A DNA stretch of 39,041 bases from Thermoproteota archaeon (GTDB lineage: Archaea; Korarchaeota; Korarchaeia; B14-G2): NCBI GenBank assembly GCA_037917675.1, contig JAVCBW010000043.1, positions 1 through 39,041 on the forward strand, in the 5' to 3' direction. Position numbers and translations under genes: made by a program. Shown here in pieces: positions 28,928-37,615 of this stretch. Within the stretch, counting starts at the first letter, position 1; every line of letters begins with the position of its first letter. Below the pieces are notes generated by a model. The model made no database searches and was not told where the DNA came from. It saw only the letters and a program-made list of their open reading frames with translations.

Positions 28928-29501
28928 TCAGCTTCAGCCTTTCACCTGGCTTAAGCAGCCTCGCCTCGAGCCCAGCCTTCCTAAGCTCATCCACGAGCCC
29001 AAGAGCCCTATCCACATGCTTCTCTAGGCTATAGTGCACTGGGATAACGAGCTTAGGCTTCACCCTAAGCATGCTCTCAACATACCTCTCATAGTACTCT
29101 GGGTAGCATGCTGTGAAGGCCACTATAGCTCTAGTACTCGGGAAGTCAGCTGCATCACCAGCATGAAGCACACCATCAGCTAGGTAAGCTATGCACTCAG
29201 CTGCCTTCCAGCACTCTACCCTAAAGGCCTTTATCCCCTCGAACTCGTCTCCGCCCTCAACTGGAGTCCCCTGAATCCCATAGGCCTCCAGGGTGCTTCT
29301 AGGTGCATAGACCCTGGTATCAGGCTTCCTAGCTCTAGCAAGGTGAACTAAGTCGATGTGGTCACTATGCTCATGTGTGATCAGGACTATGTCAGCTGGA
29401 GCCTCAGGCTCCACAGTATAGCAGGGGTCTATCAGAATCCTCCTAGAGCTCACAACCTCTACACAAGAGTTCCCAAGCCACCTGACCTCTAGCATAGGCA
29501 C
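28911..29501 (-). CDS. MBL-fold metallo-hydrolase (UPF0173-like)
   Basis: WLG.S, IDP, THEHSDH, HAGD and IPVHY. Confidence 0.92.
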   Translation of the reverse strand: MPMLEVRWLGNSCVEVVSSRRILIDPCYTVEPEAPADIVLITHEHSDHIDLVHLARARKPDTRVYAPRSTLEAYGIQGTPVEGGDEFEGIKAFRVECWKAAECIAYLADGVLHAGDAADFPSTRAIVAFTACYPEYYERYVESMLRVKPKLVIPVHYSLEKHVDRALGLVDELRKAGLEARLLKPGERLKLSGLLD

Positions 29502-29529
29502 CTAAGCCCTAGGTGCGAGGTGACTTAAA

Positions 29530-30330
29530 TTAGCTGAGGTAAGCTAGCTTCCTTGAGAGGGCTATGGCAGCTAGAGCATAGGCTAATGCAGCTGCCCCCT
29601 CTATGGCTGCCACCCTTAAGCCGCCTGCCTTGACCACTACATCTAGCATCCTGATGTCTAGAGCATTATCTCCAGCTAGGAAGTGGAGTATGATAGGAGC
29701 TGTGAGAGACCTCGTATGCTCATATATGAAGCCTGCTATAAGCCCGAAGTAGGCTGTGTAAGCCACATAGTGTGCTGCATACCAGCTCAGCAGCCCATGG
29801 CCATAGTAGGCTGCCCAGACGAGATGCCATAGGCCAAAGAGCATAGCCTGAGCTGCATTAGCTTTCAGCCATCCAATGCACTCTGCTAAGCTCGTCTGGA
29901 GAGCTCCCCTGAAGAGCCCTTCTTCACATGGCATGTTGAGCACTAGCATGGCTATAATCAGCCACTCGCTTCTGCTCGCTGGGTTGAAGCCTATCCTAAA
30001 GCTGAGCTCCCAGCTCCCACCTGTAGCCCAAGCTTCAGCAGCTGGAGCAAACCCCTCGAATACAAGCATATAGAGTGCTGTGAGCAGAAGTCCTAGCATT
30101 GTATACCTCCAGACCCCTCGTGTAGTGAAGCCTATGGTACCCCAGCCTATACCTGAGGCTGCGACATAGCATACTAGAGCTAGCGTCCCAGCTAGCTTAG
30201 AAAGTATTATCCCTCCAGGCTCACCAGGGGAGTTCAAGATGAATATGTCAGCCCATCTAGCTGCTGCAGCAGCAGCTAGGGCCCCGAAGGCCCCTAAGGC
30301 AAGCTTCTGCTCTCTCCTCAGCTCCCCCAC
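29530..30330 (-). CDS. CPBP (CAAX/Abi) intramembrane glutamic protease
   Basis: EEGLFRG, FGLWH and SL..PIILH motifs; multiple TM segments. Confidence 0.9.
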   Translation of the reverse strand: MGELRREQKLALGAFGALAAAAAARWADIFILNSPGEPGGIILSKLAGTLALVCYVAASGIGWGTIGFTTRGVWRYTMLGLLLTALYMLVFEGFAPAAEAWATGGSWELSFRIGFNPASRSEWLIIAMLVLNMPCEEGLFRGALQTSLAECIGWLKANAAQAMLFGLWHLVWAAYYGHGLLSWYAAHYVAYTAYFGLIAGFIYEHTRSLTAPIILHFLAGDNALDIRMLDVVVKAGGLRVAAIEGAAALAYALAAIALSRKLAYLS

Positions 30331-30449
30331 CTCCAGGCAATGGCTCCAGCTGCTAGCGTAGCCAGGTAGACTAGCTCAGTGAAGCCAGCTGGCAAAAGCA
30401 CACGTGAGAAGACGGCAGCTGCCATGGCTGCCAAGAGTGCCCTGCTCAA
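30318..30449 (-). CDS. Possible 43-aa hydrophobic small protein upstream of CPBP
   Basis: TTG start about 25-30 nt downstream of a TTTAAT TATA-like element; two hydrophobic stretches; overlaps the CPBP start. Confidence 0.35.
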   Translation of the reverse strand: MSRALLAAMAAAVFSRVLLPAGFTELVYLATLAAGAIAWRWGS

Positions 30450-30508
30450 ATAGACCCCTAGCAGGAGCAAGCTGAAATTAAAGTTAACCACTAGAAGGTT
30501 GGTCACAT

Positions 30509-31714
30509 ATGAGGCATAGACTCCTTGACCCGAAGGCTGTCTTCACAGCTGGAAACATCCTCTATTTCACTCTGGCAGCTACCGGAGTGGCTAGCAGCAT
30601 CTATAAGCCCCCCTTCAGCCCAAGCCCCCATGCTCTGAGGCTAGCTGCCCTAGCTGCCATAGCTGGGAGCTTATCATTCACCCTTGCAGCTGAGGCTGGA
30701 GCTCGCCTTGCAGGCAGGGACCTCAGGCTCCTGTCGCCGCCAGCAGCCTTAGCCTTCACAGCTCTCCTAGCTAAAGCAGCGGCTCAGGCAGGCATCCTAG
30801 CTGAGGTGCTGCCTGCAGCTGCTGTCTGCCTCCTCATGCCCCTCTGGAGGCTTGAGGAAGCTGACAGCTTAGCCTCTATCCTAGCTGGAGTAGCTCTGAT
30901 GCTCCTCGGCTTCAAGGAGGCTGGTGGCATACCCATGCTAGACGCTAGAGCAGCTAGCCTATACAATGCTAGCTTCACGAGAGCTTTCTCATACACGCTC
31001 CTAGCATTCGGATGTGCTCTATGGGCTACACTAGAGGGCAGCTCTCTGAGGAGGGTCACACCAGCCTTCATGTCAGCTGCCCTGCTAGCCTTAACAGGCT
31101 CCAGAGCAGACCAAGCTGGGGTCTTGGCTTCAGCAGCTGCCTCAGCTTGGCTGTCCAGGGGCATAGGGCCTCTAGGCCTCATGCTGATGGCCTTAGCCTG
31201 CATAGTACCGCTAGCTGTACTTGAGGTCCCAAGCTGGCTCGGAAGCTATGCTGGCTTAAAGTACCTCCTCTATAGGCCATCAACTACAGTCTACTCATTT
31301 CTCAAGCTAGCTAGCTACGCTGGTGAGGGAGATGGTAGAGCTCTACTCACCCTGAGAGGGAGAGCTGCTGTAGCAGAGTATGTTGGAGCTGAGCCAGGTA
31401 AAAGCGTAGCCTCAACCTGGTTTGGGCCTCCACTACTAGACTATGGCCTCCCTGGAGTCATATTAGTGCTAGCCTTCATAGGCTTCACCCTAGGCCTAGG
31501 GTATGGGAGGCTTCTCAGAGAGGAAAGCAAGCTCAGAAGGAGGCTCCTAGCCTCAACCTACTCACTTGGCTTAGCTCAGCTAGCAATATGCCTAGACTTC
31601 GGCCCAGACCTAGCTGTGCTAGCAGGCTACATGCTGCTAGCCTACATATACACTGCAGCACGCTACGAGCCTGGACTCACCTCTAGGCTACAAAAGCTGC
31701 TAAGGCGAGCCTGA
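30509..31714 (+). CDS. Polytopic membrane protein, archaeal oligosaccharide repeat-unit polymerase (Wzy/DUF70)-like
   Basis: GGIP.L, L.G.R and STWFGP..LDYG..G motifs; many TM segments. Confidence 0.65.
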   Translation: MRHRLLDPKAVFTAGNILYFTLAATGVASSIYKPPFSPSPHALRLAALAAIAGSLSFTLAAEAGARLAGRDLRLLSPPAALAFTALLAKAAAQAGILAEVLPAAAVCLLMPLWRLEEADSLASILAGVALMLLGFKEAGGIPMLDARAASLYNASFTRAFSYTLLAFGCALWATLEGSSLRRVTPAFMSAALLALTGSRADQAGVLASAAASAWLSRGIGPLGLMLMALACIVPLAVLEVPSWLGSYAGLKYLLYRPSTTVYSFLKLASYAGEGDGRALLTLRGRAAVAEYVGAEPGKSVASTWFGPPLLDYGLPGVILVLAFIGFTLGLGYGRLLREESKLRRRLLASTYSLGLAQLAICLDFGPDLAVLAGYMLLAYIYTAARYEPGLTSRLQKLLRRA

Positions 31715-32312
31715 AGGTGGAGCTGGAGGCTATGTGAGATAGAACATACCTAGCATAGCATACCTCTCTCAGCACGTCGACTGAAGCCACAGCAACTGAG
31801 TACTGTAGCTCCAGCTTAAGCCACTACCTCAACAACCATGATGCAGCCTAGATACCGGTTACTGCCTTCTCTATATGGGAGCTGCACGCTCTGGCTCAGC
31901 CCCTGTAACCTAAGATGGCCTCAGCTTCTCCACTAGCTTCACACCAGCCTCATAGGTCTTGAGCTCAGCTTGCTCCATAGATGCTGAAAGCACCTCAACT
32001 CTACCGCCACACCAGGGTGTAAACAGGGTAAGCTCTGCCAAAGCCGCCTCTACCAGCTTTGCCCAGCCACATGTTGATACTATGGCTAGTGGATGCATCT
32101 GGTTCAGGTCTATAGGCTGTACTAGCTTGAGCTTGCTGCCAGCTACCTCATAGAATAGGAAGGCCCTAGATTACTGGTGTAGTGAGGAGTGCTATTGCCT
32201 GCTGGATGCCTACTTCACTACAGCCTCTAACCTCAGCTTGCACACTATCCTGAGAGCTTCTGCTATCATCAATGTAGCTGTCTGTCAGCTTCACTGCCAG
32301 ATGGATCAGGGT

Positions 32313-32849
32313 TTAGAGCGCTGATAACAAGTAATGATACAGGTCTAACATGAATCTCAAGGCCTCAGACCTCTGAGGTGTTTCATCAACTATCACTTTC
32401 CCTGGAAAAACCTCATCAAATAACCTCTTATCGACGTAGAATCCTATTTCAACTAAACGCTTACATATCGCGTTGGGTGTTTCCGCTAAGATACCGTTCT
32501 CATATAGCTTCTTGAGTATTGAAAGAGCTCCTATAACTTCTAAGCCTAGCTCTCTAGCTAGTCTTCGAGCTCTTCATCTAGGACAACGATCTTACCTTTT
32601 GTTAGGGCTAGGAGTATGGCTGATGACTCGCCGACACCTAGTCTTGGAAGTCTTCTCTTAACATTTTCGACGTGCATCCTGTCTTCATCGATAGCTCTTG
32701 TAAGCTCCTGGTATACCTCGTCCCTCCTCTCCTCCAACTCCTCTAATACTCCACTGGGAACCTCTACCTCGCTAAACAGGTTAAGGGCCTCATTTAGAAT
32801 CCCCAGCTTAACCAAATACTATTATCGGGGACGTGTTAAGTACTACTCT
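32313..32849 (-). pseudogene. Frameshifted DUF3368-type PIN toxin
   Basis: VVLNTSPII / L.KLG.L..VP..V..E..LG.GE..AI.LA..VLDE / RARRLA..LGL.VIG.L.IL..GFY; two frameshifts. Confidence 0.85.
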
Positions 32850-33021
32850 TAAAGATCTCCTTGTATGCATCTAGTTCTTCCTCAACCTCCTCAAGTACAC
32901 TGTACTTAACTCCAAGTCTATGCACGAGGATCCAGAGATTGTCAGCTCTTAAACCTAATAACTCGGCTGCTTTACCCGATGAGATCCTGCCTTTACCCAA
33001 TGAAAGATCTTCTTGTATGCT
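32836..33021 (-). pseudogene. N-truncated UPF0175-family antitoxin
   Basis: GRISSGKAAELLGL..RLGV..EEEL directly upstream of the DUF3368 toxin, with an in-frame stop upstream. Confidence 0.75.
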
Positions 33022-33171
33022 TCAGTGGGGTAGGTAGCTCAGATATCCTCGCTGAGGAGCTAAGCAGCTAGCTGGAATGCTGCTGCCAGCAGCATAGCTT
33101 GAATCTTCATGCTACATGCCAGGTCAGCTTCACTTTAATACCCTGCCTCTAGCGCTCTTGAGGGTGCTATC

Positions 33172-33960
33172 ATGGATCTCGGGCTTAGAGGGAAGTCTGC
33201 TCTAGTGACTGCGTCAAGTAAGGGGATTGGGCTAGCCATAGCAGCTGAGCTAGCTAGGGAAGGGGCTGAGGTGATGATATCCTCTAGGAGAGAGGAGAAT
33301 TTGAGGGAGGCTGCAGCTGAAATAGAGAGGGAGACAGGCTTTAGGCCACAGTGGAAGAGAGCTGACCTCACAGTCAGAGAGGACGTGGAGGCCTTAGCCA
33401 AGTGGGCTCTAGATCAAAATGGAGTCGATATACTCGTCTTTAACACTGGAGGGCCTAGGCCAGGAGGCTTCTTTACCCTAAGTGAGGGAGACTGGCTTCA
33501 TGCATTCGAGCTTCTCCTCATGAGTGCAGTGAGGCTCTGCAGGATGCTAGCTCCAAGGATGGCTGAGAGGAGGTGGGGGAGGATAGTCTTCGTGACCTCA
33601 GTAGCCATAAAGCAGCCTGAGCCCCAGATAGCTTTGTCAAACATAGTCAGGCTGAGCCTAGCAGGCCTAGTGAAGCAGCTTTCAATAGAGCTGGCAAGAC
33701 ACAACGTCTTGGTCAACGCTGTCATGCCTGGCTTAACCCTAACTCAGAGGCTAAGAGAGTATGCTGAGCACCTAGCTTCCCAGAGTGGGAGGCAGCTACC
33801 TGAAGTCCTGGAGGAGATGGCTGAAGCCTCAGACATCAAGAGGATAGCTAAGCCAGAGGAGATAGCCTGGGCTGTCACATTCCTAGCAAGCGAGAAAGCT
33901 AGCTTCATAACAGGAGCAGTCATACCAGTAGATGGAGGCAGGATAAGATGTGTGCTTTAA
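33172..33960 (+). CDS. SDR oxidoreductase (BKR-like, atypical SxxxR active site)
   Basis: TASSKGIG, NTGGP, LSNIVR, PG...T.R and TG..IPVDGG. Confidence 0.93.
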   Translation: MDLGLRGKSALVTASSKGIGLAIAAELAREGAEVMISSRREENLREAAAEIERETGFRPQWKRADLTVREDVEALAKWALDQNGVDILVFNTGGPRPGGFFTLSEGDWLHAFELLLMSAVRLCRMLAPRMAERRWGRIVFVTSVAIKQPEPQIALSNIVRLSLAGLVKQLSIELARHNVLVNAVMPGLTLTQRLREYAEHLASQSGRQLPEVLEEMAEASDIKRIAKPEEIAWAVTFLASEKASFITGAVIPVDGGRIRCVL

Positions 33961-33986
33961 GCTAGCTCACAGGAGTCAAGCCTAGG

Positions 33987-35063
33987 CTACTCCCCCAGCT
34001 GCCTAGCGGTTTTAGCTGCCTCAGAGGATCTCCTCAAGCACTCTAGCGCCAGGCTGTAGCTGGGGAAGCTGCCTAGCCCACACTCAGGGCTAGAGTAAGC
34101 TGCCCTCTCCCCATAGAGCTCTATGGCTCGCCTAGCTCTCCTAGCCATAAGCTCAGTGCTCTCAAGGTACTCTGCTCCACCAGCTAGCTCAGACCTTATT
34201 CTAGCCCAGACCTCACCTAGCCTGCTTTCACCAGCCTTCTCAGCTATGAGGGCATCAAGATCCGTCCTACATATGCTAGCTGCAACAAGCTTATCATACT
34301 CCTCAAACCTAGTGTCTCTGCTCTCATATATGGGATCCCCAACATGAGAATGGATCACCTTGAGGTGCTCAACCTCCCAGAAGACTGGGTTAGCAGTGGT
34401 ATGTAGGTGGAAGCCTACCTCAGCTCCAAGAGAGGAAGCCTTATGACAGATCTGCTCCCAAGCCTTAAGCAGAGCCTCACGCCCAGCAGACTCAGGGTCC
34501 AGCAGAGGGTCGTCTAGAAGCCCTAGGACAGGCTCATCTACGAAAAACAGAGCAACCCTAATGCCTCTAAGGCTAAAGACAGAGGCTTCAGTGAACCCAG
34601 TGACAGCCTCACCTAGCTGAGCTATGAGCTCAGGAGTCCTCACCTTAAACAGAGTCGAGAGAGTATAGGGGCCTGTAACACAAGCCCTTATCTCTGAGAC
34701 ACCAAGCTCCCTAAGCACACTCAGGTTACGCTTCAAGACCTCAAGCTCAGGCACCTTAGGAGATGGAGCTCTAAGCCTCCCCTCAACCTCATAGCCTCCT
34801 CTAGCTCTCGTGACACCCACCACCTGCCTCATGAACATCTCATTCATATCCCTAAGCTGAGGATAGCTCGGCACCTCAACACCAGCCCTAACCTTATCCC
34901 CTAAGCTCCTCAAGACAACTCTCTCAAAGACCTCAGCTAGCCTCCTCTCAGTTAAATAGCCTACTACGCTCACGTAAGCTGAGGCAGCTCTATCCATATC
35001 TACCCTAGGCTCAGCTAGAGGAAGGCTCCCGACGTCAGTCGCCCTCAGCAAGCCTGCTCCCAA
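33987..35063 (-). CDS. Core (single-barrel) MetE/methionine synthase II-like methyltransferase
   Basis: DVGSLP, YPQLRDM, CVTGPYTL, VDEP, HLH and PECGLG; there is no N-terminal folate barrel. Confidence 0.75.
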   Translation of the reverse strand: MGAGLLRATDVGSLPLAEPRVDMDRAASAYVSVVGYLTERRLAEVFERVVLRSLGDKVRAGVEVPSYPQLRDMNEMFMRQVVGVTRARGGYEVEGRLRAPSPKVPELEVLKRNLSVLRELGVSEIRACVTGPYTLSTLFKVRTPELIAQLGEAVTGFTEASVFSLRGIRVALFFVDEPVLGLLDDPLLDPESAGREALLKAWEQICHKASSLGAEVGFHLHTTANPVFWEVEHLKVIHSHVGDPIYESRDTRFEEYDKLVAASICRTDLDALIAEKAGESRLGEVWARIRSELAGGAEYLESTELMARRARRAIELYGERAAYSSPECGLGSFPSYSLALECLRRSSEAAKTARQLGE

Positions 35064-35102
35064 AGCATTCCCTCACAAGCCATGATGGGAGCACAGAGGA
35101 GG

Positions 35103-35876
35103 CTACTCCCTGCCGCCCGACCTCTCAAACACTTCCACAGCAGGATATACTACGACGCCTTTACTGGTTATCTTGAATGGATGTAGCCTATTGCTATGTG
35201 CTGACCCCCTCATCTTCACTACTTCTATCGCTCTAATCCTCTCTGCCTTACTTCTCATGTTATATAGGACTATGACGCCATCAGCTACATAGGGCTCTAC
35301 TCCAAACAGTGTGGCCTCTGCTGTAGGAGATGTGAGCTCAGCTACCACTAGTGATGTGATGCCCTCAAGCTGTGAGAGCATCCTGATGAGCTGTAGTATG
35401 TGCATCCTAGCCTCAAAGAGCTCCCTATACTGGAGTATGAGCGGGGTCAGAGAGTCTATGACAACTCTCTCCGCCCTACACCTGCTACATGCATCCTTCA
35501 CAAGCGTTATGAGAGTAGTCATGTCAAAGTCTCTTTCACCAAGCACTCCAGGAGCTCTGACTGCAAACATCGATGTAGTTAATGGGGAGTAGAACGGTGA
35601 TGCATCCACTATCTCTATCAGCCCCTTCTCCTTCAGCTTACCTAGATCCCATCCAAACTGCCTTGCAGTATGGAATATAGAGTCTACACTCTCCTCTAGT
35701 GTCACATAGACTCCTCGCTCACCATGCTCTACTGCACCAGCATAGAGGAACTGAAGCGCGAATATAGTCTTACCAGCACCAGGGCCACCGAGCAGCAGAT
35801 ATGTTCTACCCTTAAGCAGACCTCCACCAGCAATCTCATCAAAACCTGGAATCCCACTCCTTACTCTCTCAGACAT
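35103..35876 (-). CDS. Single-domain KaiC-like ATPase
   Basis: SGIPGFD, GGPGAGKT, LEE, RVVIDS, VADGVIVL and KMRGSAH. Confidence 0.93.
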   Translation of the reverse strand: MSERVRSGIPGFDEIAGGGLLKGRTYLLLGGPGAGKTIFALQFLYAGAVEHGERGVYVTLEESVDSIFHTARQFGWDLGKLKEKGLIEIVDASPFYSPLTTSMFAVRAPGVLGERDFDMTTLITLVKDACSRCRAERVVIDSLTPLILQYRELFEARMHILQLIRMLSQLEGITSLVVAELTSPTAEATLFGVEPYVADGVIVLYNMRSKAERIRAIEVVKMRGSAHSNRLHPFKITSKGVVVYPAVEVFERSGGRE

Positions 35877-36086
35877 GCTATCCCAATACCCAGTTTCCTC
35901 ACCTTAAATATTTTTCACCAAGCTAGGCCAGAAGCCTGAGGCGTCTACTCTACTGGAATACTATGATGTCATTGCCAGCACAGCAGCACTTCTGCTGAGA
36001 GCTTAGCTAAAAACCCCTGCCCGGCGAGCTTTTTAAAAATTTATTAAGCTAAGCATTGCTGTGACACCTGGGTCTGGGCGATACCG

Positions 36087-36791
36087 TTGCGAGATTCTAT
36101 GAGGCTGCTCTTCGAGCCTTCTTCTATCATTCCAGGCCTCGAGAAGCTCATATATGAGCCGATTCCTAGTGGGACTATACTGCTAGCTGGCCCACCAGGC
36201 TCAGGTAAGTCTACGTTTGCAGGCCAGTTTCTAGCTGAAGGGCTGAAGCGAGGAGAGCCCTGCTTAGCTGTTGTGACAGACATGCCGCCAGCTCGCCTCG
36301 TAAGAAGCCTAGAAGAGAGGTGGATGGTTAGAGGCAGTCTGGTGAGGGCTCTCAGGGTAATTGACTGTTATAGCTGGAGGCTTGTGAGACCATCCCAGAA
36401 GCAGGAGTATCCTGTAGTGAGGGATCTTACTACTCTGATGGTTGAGATAGAGAAGCTGAGGAAGGGAATGAAGAGGCTAGCCTTAGATAGCCTGAGCACC
36501 TTAGCCTTAGACCATGGGCTTCAGGCTACAAGAGACTTCTTTAATACCCTCAGAGCCAGGGTTCTTGAAGGAAATATGCTGAGCCTTGTGACTCTAGAGC
36601 AGGAGGTCCATACGATTTCATTTGAGAGAACTCTCTCTTACCTAGCTGAGAACGTGGTTAAGCTCAAGCTCACAGAGGAGAAGGGGAAGATAAGGAGGTA
36701 CATTAAAGTGCTATCATCTAGGGTATCTCACTCAACAAGCTGGCTTCCCTACGAGGTGACTGATAGAGGCTTCCTAATAGGGGCCCCCTAG
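36087..36791 (+). CDS. RAD55/KaiC-like ATPase
   Basis: GPPGSGKS, IDCYS, LALDSLS and SYLAENVV.L; an alternative ATG lies at 36099. Confidence 0.88.
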   Translation: MRDSMRLLFEPSSIIPGLEKLIYEPIPSGTILLAGPPGSGKSTFAGQFLAEGLKRGEPCLAVVTDMPPARLVRSLEERWMVRGSLVRALRVIDCYSWRLVRPSQKQEYPVVRDLTTLMVEIEKLRKGMKRLALDSLSTLALDHGLQATRDFFNTLRARVLEGNMLSLVTLEQEVHTISFERTLSYLAENVVKLKLTEEKGKIRRYIKVLSSRVSHSTSWLPYEVTDRGFLIGAP

Positions 36792-36959
36792 TCTCAGCTG
36801 GCATGCCCTAGAGGGCTCTGGGGTCATGGGTGCTGGATAAGGCCTTGGGCCCAGCATCTATGCTTCCTGATAGGAAGCATAGGAGGGTGAAGGTTTATTA
36901 GCTCAGATGTGCTTAAACATTAGGTTCTTAGGTGTGCTTAAGTATGTTTAGGTTCATAT

Positions 36960-37604
36960 TTGTCTAGCCCTCTAGATATGCTTGCTGAGCCAGCTGGAGG
37001 GCTTCTGCTTATACTGGAGCCGCCTGGTAGCGGGAAGTCTACTTTAGTTAAGAGGTACTTGGCTGAAGGCCTGGCTAGAGGGGAGCATTGTATGGCTGCT
37101 GTCATAGATGAGTTTCCTCATAGGTTTGAGCTGGGGCTACAGGAGCAAGTTGATGTCGATATATCTGAGAGGCTTGAAGAGGGCTTGCTGCACATGCTAG
37201 ACTTCTTCACCTGGAGGGGTGAGGTGCTTGTTGGAGACATGAAGTATAGGATGGCTACATCCCTGGATGCTATTATAGCTGAAGCTGAGGTTACTGGCTC
37301 ACGGAGGATTGCTGTAGACTCCATTACGACGCTAGCCTTCTACTTCCCAGCTGATGGCGTGTGGAGGTTCCTTGACACGCTTAGAGTCAGGGCAGCTCTT
37401 AGAGGGAGCTCTATTGTAGCGACACTAGAGCAGGGAGTTCTCTCAGAGAGATTTCAGGAGAGCATCAGGCACATAGCAGATTACATGCTAGAGTTGAGGT
37501 TAAGGGAGCGTAGGGTGCTCTGGGGTGAGCAGGCTAGGAGGTATGTTAGGCTAGCTGTGCCAAGAAGAGCTCAGGTAGGCAATTGGGTCAAGCTTGAGAG
37601 CTAG
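36960..37604 (+). CDS. Divergent RAD55/KaiC-like ATPase
   Basis: EPPGSGKST, IAVDSIT and HIADYMLEL. Confidence 0.82.
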   Translation: MSSPLDMLAEPAGGLLLILEPPGSGKSTLVKRYLAEGLARGEHCMAAVIDEFPHRFELGLQEQVDVDISERLEEGLLHMLDFFTWRGEVLVGDMKYRMATSLDAIIAEAEVTGSRRIAVDSITTLAFYFPADGVWRFLDTLRVRAALRGSSIVATLEQGVLSERFQESIRHIADYMLELRLRERRVLWGEQARRYVRLAVPRRAQVGNWVKLES

Positions 37605-37615
37605 TAGCTCTCTCT

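Noticed and set aside
31741-32280. Interrupted minus-strand coding-like region including the 62-aa ORF 31910..32098
   Set aside because: Multiple stops and no assignable family. It is probably a pseudogene, but I cannot support a call.
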